DNA from: an uncultured Chromatiales bacterium
GTDB lineage: Bacteria > Pseudomonadota > Gammaproteobacteria > Poriferisulfidales > Oxydemutatoraceae
Assembly (NCBI GenBank): GCA_964347615.1
Contig: CAYFZO010000005.1
Coordinates: forward strand, 34,282 to 98,281
Length of the DNA stretch: 64,000 nucleotides
Reading direction: 5' to 3'
Shown: piece after piece, positions 9,475-18,340 of the stretch
Position numbering within the stretch: the first letter of the stretch is position 1
Layout: every line of letters begins with the position of its first letter
Program-made: the position numbers and the translations under genes
Notes under the pieces: generated by a model
Databases searched by the model: none
Told to the model about the DNA's origin: nothing
What the model saw: the letters and a program-made list of their open reading frames with translations, nothing else

Positions 9475-10239
9475 TCAATCGCGGTGCTTGTCGACCCGCC
9501 CGCGCTCGAAAGCGCTGATCATGCCGCGCAGGATGTTGACCTCGCGTCGGCTGAGATGAGTGCGGTTGAACAGCTTGCGCAAACGACGCATCAGCGACTG
9601 CGATTGACGCGAAGCGAAGAAACGCGTCGCGTGCAGCGACTGCTCGAGATGACGGTAAAACCCTTCGACCTCGTCGGACGACGCAGGTGCGTCCGGCCCG
9701 CCGTCGGGCCGTACGCGGGCGGCGACGTCCTCGGACAATGCAAACTTCCTGACCTCATAAGCAATCACCTGCACCGCCGCCGCCAGATTCAACGAGCTGA
9801 ACCGCGGATTGCAGGGAATGTGAACGAGGTAATGACATAAATCCATTTCCTCGTTGCTGAGCCCCGAGCTCTCGCAACCGAACGCCGCCGCAACCGGCCC
9901 GTGCGGCGCGAACTCGCTCAACTTCGCCGCCGCCTCGGCGGGCGACAGGCTCGGCCACTTCATCTGGCGCAGCCGCGCGCTCGCACCGACCACCAAGCGG
10001 CAATCCTTGACTGCTTCGGCAAGAGACTCAGCCAACGACGCACGTTCAAGAACGTCGCCCGCGCCCGCCGCCATCGCCGTCGCCTCGTCCGAGGGGAAAC
10101 ACCGAGGTTTGACCAGACACAACCGCTCGAAACCCATGGTCTTAATCGCGCGCGCCGCCGCACCGACGTTGCCGGGATGGCTCGTCTCGACCAGAACAAA
10201 ACGCACCGGCGGCAAGGAATCGTTCGTCTCGTTCGTCAT
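9475..10239 (-). CDS. trmJ: tRNA (cytidine/uridine-2'-O)-methyltransferase TrmJ (SpoU family).
   Basis: VRFVLVETSHPGNVGAAARAIKTMGF...GCESSGLSNEEM...LNLAAAVQVIAYE are SPOUT motifs. It is located upstream of iscR, as in E. coli. Confidence 0.8.
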   Translation of the reverse strand: MTNETNDSLPPVRFVLVETSHPGNVGAAARAIKTMGFERLCLVKPRCFPSDEATAMAAGAGDVLERASLAESLAEAVKDCRLVVGASARLRQMKWPSLSPAEAAAKLSEFAPHGPVAAAFGCESSGLSNEEMDLCHYLVHIPCNPRFSSLNLAAAVQVIAYEVRKFALSEDVAARVRPDGGPDAPASSDEVEGFYRHLEQSLHATRFFASRQSQSLMRRLRKLFNRTHLSRREVNILRGMISAFERGRVDKHRD

Positions 10240-10332
10240 GCGGACATTATAAGGAGCGCAAGCGGGCGAACGGCGTCTGTGCGACGACGGTCAAACCGCT
10301 ACAATGGCGCTCGATCACCCCCGGAATCACCT

Positions 10333-11130
10333 TTGCTCTCTGCCTACGCCAATACCGCGGAAAAGGCCGCCGTCGCGGCGGGACGCATCATGCTGCGCGG
10401 CCTCAAGCGCCTCGAGACGCTCGCGGTGCACGCCAAAAGTCAAAACGACTTCGTCTCGGAGATAGATCTCGCCTGCGAACGTGAAATCATCACCCGCTTG
10501 AACAAAGCCTATCCGGACCACGCGGTGCTCGCCGAAGAGAGCGGCCTCAGCGGCGACGAAGCCAGCGAATACCGCTGGGTGGTTGACCCGCTCGACGGCA
10601 CGACCAACTTCATGCACGACGTTCCGCACTTCGCCGCCTCGATTGCATTGATGAAAAAGGGCGTTTTGCTCGTCGGCGTGGTCTACGACCCATGCAAGAA
10701 CGAATTGTTCACCGCAATCAAAGGTCAAGGCGCGCTGCTCAACCAGCGGCGCATCCGCGTCTCCCCACGACACAAGCTTGAAGGCGCACTGCTCGGCACC
10801 GGCGTCCCCTACAGCAAAAAGCAAGACCTCGACCATTACCTGCAGGTGCTGCAAAGCTTGATTCGAGACACTGCGGGAATCCGTCGCGCCGGCGCCGCTG
10901 CTCTCGACCTTGCGTACGTCGCGGCGGGACGCTTCGACGGGTTTTGGGAATTCCAGCTCAAGCCCTGGGACGTCGCCGCGGGCGCGTTGCTGGTACAGGA
11001 AGCCGGCGGCATCGTCGCCGACCTCAACGGCGGACGGGACTACATGCACTCGGGCGACACGATGGCCGCGAACCCCGTGCTGCTGAAAGAAATGCTCAAG
11101 AGAATCCGTGCCGCGGAGGGAAGCGGATAA
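10333..11130 (+). CDS. suhB: Inositol monophosphatase family protein SuhB.
   Basis: WVVDPLDGTTNFMHDVPHFAASIAL...GVVYDP...RRAGAAALDLAYVAAGRFDGFWE are the IMPase motifs. The start is uncertain. A TTG at 10333 preserves the conserved N-terminal helix. The first ATG (10390) would truncate it, and the track ORF from 9901 is a spurious 5' extension. Confidence 0.8.
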   Translation: MLSAYANTAEKAAVAAGRIMLRGLKRLETLAVHAKSQNDFVSEIDLACEREIITRLNKAYPDHAVLAEESGLSGDEASEYRWVVDPLDGTTNFMHDVPHFAASIALMKKGVLLVGVVYDPCKNELFTAIKGQGALLNQRRIRVSPRHKLEGALLGTGVPYSKKQDLDHYLQVLQSLIRDTAGIRRAGAAALDLAYVAAGRFDGFWEFQLKPWDVAAGALLVQEAGGIVADLNGGRDYMHSGDTMAANPVLLKEMLKRIRAAEGSG

Positions 11131-11176
11131 ATCGGCAACCCGGCGAGGGTTTCGGGCAACGGGCTTTGAGCAGGTC

Positions 11177-11398
11177 AGCCTCTTCCTCGCCGGGGCGTAT
11201 CACGGTGGTATGAATCAACAGGGCGAGAGGAAAGTGCGCCGGGTGCGGTTCAAGGCGCTTGAAGACGGCGACACTTGGGACGTGATTCGTTCCTGCGACC
11301 CCGTTCGAGCCGACGGCGTCACGCCGTTGACCGGCCGTCAAAAATTTGACGACGTCGAATACCGGGCGTTGACGCGCGGCGTCAAACACCGCTTCTGA
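11177..11398 (+). pseudogene. Silent fragment: the C-terminal ~75 codons of an outer-membrane beta-barrel paralog.
   Basis: FLAGAYHGG...FKALEDGDTWDVIRSCDPVRADGVTPLTGRQKFDDVEYRALTRGVKHRF aligns to the last ~75 aa of the 11599-12531 OMP (…ELEDSDTWDVIRSHAPVQADGQTPFTSRQEFDDVEYWALTIGIKHRF). DNA similarity is clear over 11269-11398 versus 12402-12531. There is no signal peptide, and the N-terminal part overlaps the suhB 3' end. Confidence 0.5.
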
Positions 11399-11598
11399 AG
11401 CCGGGTCCCGGGCGAAACAGCGACGGCGCAAACCCGGCACGACAAACTGCGCTTAGGTTGATCGAAGCTGCTTTGTCCGGCGTTGCCCGCGTCGTCAGCC
11501 GAGTAAGAAAAGGCACGGTTGTTTCATTTATCCCGACGGCGAATATATTACACTTATGTCCCAACTCAAGCCTTAACGTCTCAAGAGGGAATCAAAAA

Positions 11599-12531
11599 AT
11601 GAAAAGATCAAAGCACCGCTGTATCCACGGCTTTCTTGCCGTCGCACTGAGCTTCGGGGCCGCGGGCGTCGCCCAGGCGGAGCGACAAGGCTTCTACGCC
11701 GGGGTCGAAGTCGGCGTCGCCCAAGCGCAGGACCTGGACTCCGAAGTCTCGGGGGTCAGCCACCCGACGAGGTGCGATAACCTGCTTTACACGGGAGGAA
11801 CGTCCCCGGACGCTAACGACGCCGCGTGCACCAGCGACACGCCGAGCGCCATTGGCGAGAACCACTTCGATCTCGACACCGGATTCGTCGGCGCGTTGAA
11901 CGCGGGCTACATGATGAAACGGTGGCGGTTCGAGCTTGAGTATTTATACCGGACGCACGACGGCGACGCTTCACCGTGGCGAGGGGCGGGGGCGAACGCC
12001 GCGCTGGTCACCAAAAACCCCGAGTGGAGTACCGTGGATCCCCCGTCGGAACAGGTTCGTGATTTTCGAGCGCATCAATTCTTCGTCAACGCTTATTACG
12101 ACTTCCTCGGCAACCCGACGTGGACGCCCTACGTCGGCGTCGGCGTCGGCTTGGCGGACACCAGCTTGCGCTACCAGATGCGCTTCGTACGCAAAGCCAA
12201 CCCGCAATATACTCAAGACAACCCTTCCTTCCACGCGGACGTGCGGGCAAACGCGGCGGGCACGCTCAGCCTCTTGGACACCGAGCTCGACGAAACTCTC
12301 GTCGGTTTCCAGCTGCTGGCCGGGGTGGATTACGCGCTCACCGAAAAAACCTCGGTCGGCCTGAAAGCACGCTGGGCACAGTTTGAAGAGCTCGAGGACA
12401 GCGACACTTGGGACGTGATTCGTTCCCATGCGCCGGTTCAAGCCGATGGCCAAACCCCGTTCACGAGCCGCCAAGAGTTTGATGACGTCGAATACTGGGC
12501 GCTGACGATCGGAATCAAACACCGCTTCTAA
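11599..12531 (+). CDS. Outer-membrane beta-barrel protein, paralog 1 (Sec signal peptide, C-terminal aromatic residue).
   Basis: The ATG at 11599 is preceded by AGAGGGA. The signal peptide is MKRSKHRCIHGFLAVALSFGAAGVAQA, followed by an alternating amphipathic pattern. The C-terminus ends ...IGIKHRF (terminal Phe). It shares many motifs with the 31429 and 32527 genes. The track ORF start at 11458 is a 5' over-extension. Confidence 0.75.
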   Translation: MKRSKHRCIHGFLAVALSFGAAGVAQAERQGFYAGVEVGVAQAQDLDSEVSGVSHPTRCDNLLYTGGTSPDANDAACTSDTPSAIGENHFDLDTGFVGALNAGYMMKRWRFELEYLYRTHDGDASPWRGAGANAALVTKNPEWSTVDPPSEQVRDFRAHQFFVNAYYDFLGNPTWTPYVGVGVGLADTSLRYQMRFVRKANPQYTQDNPSFHADVRANAAGTLSLLDTELDETLVGFQLLAGVDYALTEKTSVGLKARWAQFEELEDSDTWDVIRSHAPVQADGQTPFTSRQEFDDVEYWALTIGIKHRF

Positions 12532-12608
12532 AACCGAGGCAACGTCGGTATTGCACGAGCAACCGTGCCGGCGGGCCTCGGAAAAAGATCGCTGCCCTGA
12601 ACTGCATC

Positions 12609-13712
12609 ATGAACGACGATCCTGACAACCCGGTGATGCGTCGCTGCTTGCAGAAAGTGGCGACGGGGCCGGAATACAGCAAAGACCTGAGCTTCGAGGA
12701 AGCCCGCGAAGGCGGCAAGCAAATCTTTTCAGGCGCCGCCGGCGCGGTGCAGACTGCGGTGTTCTTGATCGCGTTGAGAATGAAGCGCGAAACCGACGAC
12801 GAAAACGCCGGCCTCCTGCAAGCGTTGCTCGACTGCATGCAGCCCGTCGTCGCACCGGTCGAGACGCTGGTGGACGTCGGCGAACCCTACAACGGCTACA
12901 CGCGATGCCTGCCGACGTCGGCGTTCCTGCCGGCGATGCTCGCGGCCTGCGACGTGCCTGCGGTCATCCACGGCTTGGAGGAAGTCGGCCCCAAGTACGG
13001 CGCAACCCCCCACAAGATACTGCGCGCGGCGGGCAAGACGACCGATTTGGACGGCGAAGCGGCGGCGGCGCAGCTCGGCACGGCAGGCTGGGCTTACGTT
13101 GACCAAAGCCGCTATTGTCCGGCACTGCACGCGTTGGTCGGGTTGCGAAACCTGATGGTCAAGCGCTCGGTGCTGAACACGATCGAGGTGCTCACCGGCC
13201 CGATTCGGGCGCAACGCAGCACCCACTTGCTGACCGGCTACGTGCACAAGGCCTACCCGCCGGCATACACGCGGCTCGCAAAACAATCCGGGTTTGCGTC
13301 GGCGCTGATCGTGCGCGGCGTCGAAGGCGGCGTCTCGGCGTCGCTCCGCCAACCCGCCGAGACGTTCGAATATCACGACGACGACGAGCGGTCGTGCAAA
13401 ATCAACCCGGCGGACGCCGGCGTTGAACGGACAATCAAGTGCGTGCCGCTGCCCGAATCACTTCCCGCGGTCAAAGCAAGCGACAACGTCGCGGCGAAAA
13501 CGGACTCCGACGCATTGGCTGAAGCGGCGGCGCAGACCGGCCTCGGCGCGCTGCGCGGCGAAACGGGCGCGGCACGCGACAGCCTGATTTACACCGCCGC
13601 CGCCGTGCTCACCCACCTCAAACGCTGCGCTTCGGTTGCCGAAGCCGCCGCCACGGCGCGGCAAGCGCTCGACGCCGGCGAGGCGCTCGCACGTTTCACC
13701 GCAGGCAAGTGA
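12609..13712 (+). CDS. TrpD2/YbiB-family protein (anthranilate phosphoribosyltransferase-like fold).
   Basis: FLIALRMKRETDDE...VDVGEPYNGYTRCLPTSAFLPAMLAACDVPAVIHGLEE...ALIVRGVEGG is collinear with E. coli YbiB (IALRIKGEGEAE...IPSYNGARK...VVVHGVSE). The canonical TrpD GTGGDG motif is missing, as is typical of TrpD2. Confidence 0.6.
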   Translation: MNDDPDNPVMRRCLQKVATGPEYSKDLSFEEAREGGKQIFSGAAGAVQTAVFLIALRMKRETDDENAGLLQALLDCMQPVVAPVETLVDVGEPYNGYTRCLPTSAFLPAMLAACDVPAVIHGLEEVGPKYGATPHKILRAAGKTTDLDGEAAAAQLGTAGWAYVDQSRYCPALHALVGLRNLMVKRSVLNTIEVLTGPIRAQRSTHLLTGYVHKAYPPAYTRLAKQSGFASALIVRGVEGGVSASLRQPAETFEYHDDDERSCKINPADAGVERTIKCVPLPESLPAVKASDNVAAKTDSDALAEAAAQTGLGALRGETGAARDSLIYTAAAVLTHLKRCASVAEAAATARQALDAGEALARFTAGK

Positions 13713-13945
13713 CACACGCTGTGTTGCTCGGGAAACAAGCGACTCCGAACGGATGCTTGCGGTGGCTTGCCGGAACGCCGGTCTCCCGTCGTCGAGCCGG
13801 CTTCGGCGGATTCCCCGATTACCCCGCCGTAATTATTTGATACCGATTGTTCTTGTGGCAGAATGACACCCGGATCGCCGCCCGCCCGGTTCGACCCAAG
13901 CTTCGCTTGCGCACCACTTAACAGTTAAACAAGAGGACCGTCAAC

Positions 13946-14140
13946 GTGGACAAATTTTATCGCGAGACAATCACCAAGATGGAAAGTGCGTCGGTTGACC
14001 CCGAATACGTGCTCGGCTGGCAGGGCGGGTATTTGAGCCATCCCAAACGCGAAGAACAACGAGCCAACGAAGCCTACGACGCGGGATACGAGGACGGACA
14101 AAACAAGAACGCCGATAACTTTGAGAAGTGGAAGAAATGA
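13946..14140 (+). CDS. Small hypothetical protein (64 aa).
   Basis: A GTG start sits 8 nt after AAGAGGA. The sequence is MDKFYRETITKMESASVDPEYVLGWQGGYLSHPKREEQRANEAYDAGYEDGQNKNADNFEKWKK. No family recognised. Confidence 0.4.
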   Translation: MDKFYRETITKMESASVDPEYVLGWQGGYLSHPKREEQRANEAYDAGYEDGQNKNADNFEKWKK

Positions 14141-14199
14141 CGGGCGCAACCCGACGCCTGTCTCCCCGACGCCCCGCCGCGGGCGCGCGTGAATAAGGC

Positions 14200-14745
14200 C
14201 TACAACAGCGAACGCGCGACGCGTTTGATTCCTTTGTAGATTTCCGGCGCCTCGGCGTCGAGCACGTAGTCCGGAATCCACCTGTTGTCCTTGTCTCCCA
14301 GCACCTGCTGAACGTGCTGGCCCAGGATGCGACGCATAGTGAAACTCGGTCCTTCGTCGGCGTCGAAGCTGCAATCGGAGTATTCATCGCCGCGACGGTT
14401 GACCAAGTCCACGAAGCCGCCCCTCGAAACGCTCTCGCCGACGTCGGCCCGGTTGTCGCGCATGATTTCAGCGACCCGCGCGGCGACCGCGCCGATCAAT
14501 CGCCGCCGGCGTTCCTCGTCGAGACGCACGTGCGCCAAGCGGTCGATCAAATGCAGCGAATACGCAAGCAACTCGGCAATCGCGTCGAGGCGCTGGGCGT
14601 TGGTTCGGGTCTCGAATCCTTCGTTCTCAAGGTTGAGCAGACTTTGTGAGGCGAGCTTCCATACGCTCATCGCCAGCGCACTCCCGGTTTCGCCGCATTC
14701 GCGCGCGCGGTCTTTCCGGTTCCATTTGGTCTTAAGTCGCACCAT
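14200..14745 (-). CDS. Hypothetical cytoplasmic protein (181 aa).
   Basis: This ORF is intact. Its first 82 codons are reiterated at 16577-16849 by the tandem duplication, so the duplication boundary (14502) falls inside this gene. Confidence 0.5.
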   Translation of the reverse strand: MVRLKTKWNRKDRARECGETGSALAMSVWKLASQSLLNLENEGFETRTNAQRLDAIAELLAYSLHLIDRLAHVRLDEERRRRLIGAVAARVAEIMRDNRADVGESVSRGGFVDLVNRRGDEYSDCSFDADEGPSFTMRRILGQHVQQVLGDKDNRWIPDYVLDAEAPEIYKGIKRVARSLL

Positions 14746-14784
14746 GCTCGTTTCTCCATGCCGACGTCTTATCTTGTCTGCAAT

Positions 14785-16236
14785 TTACCCGGTGAATGTC
14801 CGCGGGAACGACGCCGTTCCATGACGACCAGAATCAGGCTGGTCCAACATAGGGCGTGCAACGTAAACACGTATTTTCCCGTGGAAAATATGTTGTCGGA
14901 CTGCAAAAACAGCTGCGCCCAGATAAAGACCAGCATCCCGATTAATGAACGTCACGTCGCGGAAAAGCTTGACCCGCCCCCTGCGCGCCTGAACCGCGGC
15001 AAACCACGTGGACCCGACGAGCGCAAGCGCCGAGAGACCCGTGAATACCTTGCCCGCCGTAAAGTGCGCGTCCAGTCCCGCAGTATAAAAAGCATGGAGG
15101 TTCCTGACCCTGAGAAGTTCGTATATGAAACCCCTCACCGACTCCCAGTCCAGCGCACCCACCAAGTTTCCAAGTTCACGGTGATAGTTCCGCCCTGCCC
15201 TTCCCGTCATCCCTTTCGACAAAACCTCGGTCACCCACCCGCTTTCATAAGTGATTGTCCCGTCATAAAACCGCGACCACAGAACCGGGTCGCTGATCAA
15301 CCATTCATAAACGACGATTTTGGCCAATTGCCCGAGCATGAAGCAGGCCACAAAACCGACTATATAAAGCCCGACACACGCGACCGCCGACTTGATTTCC
15401 CCAGACGTGAAATAAATGAACGACCCGATCAGGGTCATTATAAGAATCGTATGACCGTCAAGCGTCCACACGTAAGACGACACCATCCCGGCGATAAAGC
15501 AAAAGAGGCGCAAGGATCCGGATGAAGCACGACTCCCGGCCAATAAAACCAAAACGACCGCCGACGCAACGGCCCACAAATGCCCCAGACCATCCGCCGA
15601 ACCGGGAAAATACCGGATGCCCGAAAAGAAAAAGCCGAAAACAATCAACGGAGAAAAAAGCAGAAACGTTCTCGGGTAAAACCGCAACAGAAAAACCGCC
15701 AGCAACAAATAAGCGAAATAAGTGACGGTTTTCGTCATTTCCCTGATCTCAAAAACCGAGAAATAACGCAACGCGACGGCGTGTAACGCCTTGCCTCCCC
15801 ACCAGTACCGGGTCTTCTCCAACCGGTCCCCAAACTCGGCGCCATCCACTGCAACCGAGGCCAACGCCGCACAATAAGCGCCGGGTGCTCTGTCGAAGCT
15901 CTTCAACAGCACGGCGTCAAGAAACGGAGTGGCGACGTCCGTTCTCGTGTAACCCCCTCTCAGTATCATCAGCGACGTCTGGCACTGTGCAAATCTACGT
16001 GTACCCCCTAAAAGCGTTATCGGATACGGCGTCTCGGAATACATAACCCACAAACTCGGGGAGTGCGTCCGCCCAAGATTGTTTTCCTTGAAAGCCGTCT
16101 CAAACCTTTGCTTCCCCAGCTCGTAAGGCAGTTGGTTACCGAGATAGTGCAGGAAAAAGAAAAGCACCGTGCCTGAAACGGCAACGGCGGCATACGTGAA
16201 AAACGATTTCAAGGAAAGTCCGGGAAGGCTGTGCAT
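14785..16236 (-). CDS. Polytopic integral membrane protein, duplicated copy 1 (483 aa from MHSLPG; an in-frame upstream ATG at 16380 would give 531 aa).
   Basis: There are multiple hydrophobic helices (YFAYLLLAVFLLRF, LLFSPLIVFGFFFSG, LWAVASAVVLVLLAG, ILIMTLIGSFIYF, VACVGLYIVGFVACFML) plus soluble N- and C-terminal regions. The apparent plus-strand ORFs over the same DNA are low-complexity antisense artefacts. Confidence 0.6.
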   Translation of the reverse strand: MHSLPGLSLKSFFTYAAVAVSGTVLFFFLHYLGNQLPYELGKQRFETAFKENNLGRTHSPSLWVMYSETPYPITLLGGTRRFAQCQTSLMILRGGYTRTDVATPFLDAVLLKSFDRAPGAYCAALASVAVDGAEFGDRLEKTRYWWGGKALHAVALRYFSVFEIREMTKTVTYFAYLLLAVFLLRFYPRTFLLFSPLIVFGFFFSGIRYFPGSADGLGHLWAVASAVVLVLLAGSRASSGSLRLFCFIAGMVSSYVWTLDGHTILIMTLIGSFIYFTSGEIKSAVACVGLYIVGFVACFMLGQLAKIVVYEWLISDPVLWSRFYDGTITYESGWVTEVLSKGMTGRAGRNYHRELGNLVGALDWESVRGFIYELLRVRNLHAFYTAGLDAHFTAGKVFTGLSALALVGSTWFAAVQARRGRVKLFRDVTFINRDAGLYLGAAVFAVRQHIFHGKIRVYVARPMLDQPDSGRHGTASFPRTFTG

Positions 16237-16333
16237 GACCGACGTTTCACACCTCTCCTGAAAAGGCACTCCAAAGACGCTCCAGAACCACGGGCTGCCG
16301 AAAAACGAAACGACAAAACGGAAAACCGAATGG

Positions 16334-16503
16334 GCGTCGGAATCCGCCGCTTTCCTGAAAAAGAACCGCCCGCCCGACAACGGCAGAGCGACCAGTGTCA
16401 GATAAGAATAATCTGCATGAGCGTCGGAATCCGCTGCTTTCCTGGAAAAGAACCGCCCGCCCGCCGACGGCAGAGCGACCAGTGTCAGATAAGAATAATC
16501 TGC
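16334..16503. repeat. Local tandem direct repeat, 2 x 83 bp with a 4-bp spacer, present in copy 1 only.
   Basis: GCGTCGGAATCCGC(C/T)GCTTTCCTG(A/G)AAAAGAACCGCCCGCCCG(A/C)C(A/G)ACGGCAGAGCGACCAGTGTCAGATAAGAATAATCTGC occurs twice. Copy 2 retains only part of one unit. Confidence 0.8.
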
Positions 16504-16576
16504 GGGTTTTCATTGTTCAATCGCGAAGCCGTAATGAACTCAAAGGATGAAATCGCCGGGGCGGCGAAAGCCCACT

Positions 16577-16849
16577 CTACCACGGGAGGCGCCGCCGACT
16601 TGCTTGCCGCCGGCGTTCCTCGTCGAGACGTACGTGCGCCAAGCGGTCGATCAAATGCAGCGAATACGCAAGCAACTCGGCAATCGCGTCGAGGCGCTGG
16701 GCGTTGGTTCGGGTCTCGAATCCTTCGTTCTCAAGGTTGAGCAGACTTTGTGAGGCGAGCTTCCATACGCTCATCGCCAGCGCACTCCCGGTTTCGCCGC
16801 ATTCGCGCGCGCGGTCTTTCCGGTTCCATTTGGTCTTAAGTCGCACCAT
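16577..16849 (-). pseudogene. Truncated duplicate (the first 82 codons) of the 14200-14745 gene, created by the duplication junction.
   Basis: The 90-aa ORF is identical to the N-terminus of the 181-aa protein through ...LDEERRR. It then reads junction-derived QASRRRLPW before a stop. Confidence 0.55.
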
Positions 16850-16888
16850 GCTCGTTTCTCCATGCCGACGTCTTATCTTGTCTGCAAT

Positions 16889-18340
16889 TTACCCGGTGAA
16901 TGTCCGCGGGAACGACGCCGTTCCATGACGACCAGAATCAGGCTGGTCCAACATAGGGCGTGCAACGTAAACACGTATTTTCCCGTGGAAAATATGTTGT
17001 CGGACTGCAAAAACAGCTGCGCCCAGATAAAGACCAGCATCCCGATTAATGAACGTCACGTCGCGGAAAAGCTTGACCCGCCCCCTGCGCGCCTGAACCG
17101 CGGCAAACCACGTGGACCCGACGAGCGCAAGCGCCGAGAGACCCGTGAATACCTTGCCCGCCGTAAAGTGCGCGTCCAGTCCCGCAGTATAAAAAGCATG
17201 GAGGTTCCTGACCCTGAGAAGTTCGTATATGAAACCCCTCACCGACTCCCAGTCCAGCGCACCCACCAAGTTTCCAAGTTCACGGTGATAGTTCCGCCCT
17301 GCCCTTCCCGTCATCCCTTTCGACAAAACCTCGGTCACCCACCCGCTTTCATAAGTGATTGTCCCGTCATAAAACCGCGACCACAGAACCGGGTCGCTGA
17401 TCAACCATTCATAAACGACGATTTTGGCCAATTGCCCGAGCATGAAGCAGGCCACAAAACCGACTATATAAAGCCCGACACACGCGACCGCCGACTTGAT
17501 TTCCCCAGACGTGAAATAAATGAACGACCCGATCAGGGTCATTATAAGAATCGTATGACCGTCAAGCGTCCACACGTAAGACGACACCATCCCGGCGATA
17601 AAGCAAAAGAGGCGCAAGGATCCGGATGAAGCACGACTCCCGGCCAATAAAACCAAAACGACCGCCGACGCAACGGCCCACAAATGCCCCAGACCATCCG
17701 CCGAACCGGGAAAATACCGGATGCCCGAAAAGAAAAAGCCGAAAACAATCAACGGAGAAAAAAGCAGAAACGTTCTCGGGTAAAACCGCAACAGAAAAAC
17801 CGCCAGCAACAAATAAGCGAAATAAGTGACGGTTTTCGTCATTTCCCTGATCTCAAAAACCGAGAAATAACGCAACGCGACGGCGTGTAACGCCTTGCCT
17901 CCCCACCAGTACCGGGTCTTCTCCAACCGGTCCCCAAACTCGGCGCCATCCACTGCAACCGAGGCCAACGCCGCACAATAAGCGCCGGGTGCTCTGTCGA
18001 AGCTCTTCAACAGCACGGCGTCAAGAAACGGAGTGGCGACGTCCGTTCTCGTGTAACCCCCTCTCAGTATCATCAGCGACGTCTGGCACTGTGCAAATCT
18101 ACGTGTACCCCCTAAAAGCGTTATCGGATACGGCGTCTCGGAATACATAACCCACAAACTCGGGGAGTGCGTCCGCCCAAGATTGTTTTCCTTGAAAGCC
18201 GTCTCAAACCTTTGCTTCCCCAGCTCGTAAGGCAGTTGGTTACCGAGATAGTGCAGGAAAAAGAAAAGCACCGTGCCTGAAACGGCAACGGCGGCATACG
18301 TGAAAAACGATTTCAAGGAAAATCCGGGAAGGCTGTGCAT
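16889..18340 (-). CDS. Polytopic integral membrane protein, duplicated copy 2 (483 aa).
   Basis: Over 99% identical to copy 1 at the protein level, with a single L7F difference in the compared region. Confidence 0.6.
   Translation of the reverse strand: MHSLPGFSLKSFFTYAAVAVSGTVLFFFLHYLGNQLPYELGKQRFETAFKENNLGRTHSPSLWVMYSETPYPITLLGGTRRFAQCQTSLMILRGGYTRTDVATPFLDAVLLKSFDRAPGAYCAALASVAVDGAEFGDRLEKTRYWWGGKALHAVALRYFSVFEIREMTKTVTYFAYLLLAVFLLRFYPRTFLLFSPLIVFGFFFSGIRYFPGSADGLGHLWAVASAVVLVLLAGSRASSGSLRLFCFIAGMVSSYVWTLDGHTILIMTLIGSFIYFTSGEIKSAVACVGLYIVGFVACFMLGQLAKIVVYEWLISDPVLWSRFYDGTITYESGWVTEVLSKGMTGRAGRNYHRELGNLVGALDWESVRGFIYELLRVRNLHAFYTAGLDAHFTAGKVFTGLSALALVGSTWFAAVQARRGRVKLFRDVTFINRDAGLYLGAAVFAVRQHIFHGKIRVYVARPMLDQPDSGRHGTASFPRTFTG

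Noticed and set aside
9901-11130. 409-aa ORF (suhB with a 140-aa N-terminal extension) and the 240-aa minus ORF at 10327-11049.
   Set aside because: The extension is Arg-rich and overlaps trmJ in antisense. SuhB homology begins near 10333. The minus ORF is a suhB shadow frame.
14758-15725. Plus-strand ORFs at 14758-15525 and 15522-15725, and their copies at 16862-17829.
   Set aside because: They are the antisense of the duplicated membrane-protein gene and are Pro/Arg/Lys-rich with no hydrophobic core. They are useful only as markers of the duplication offset.
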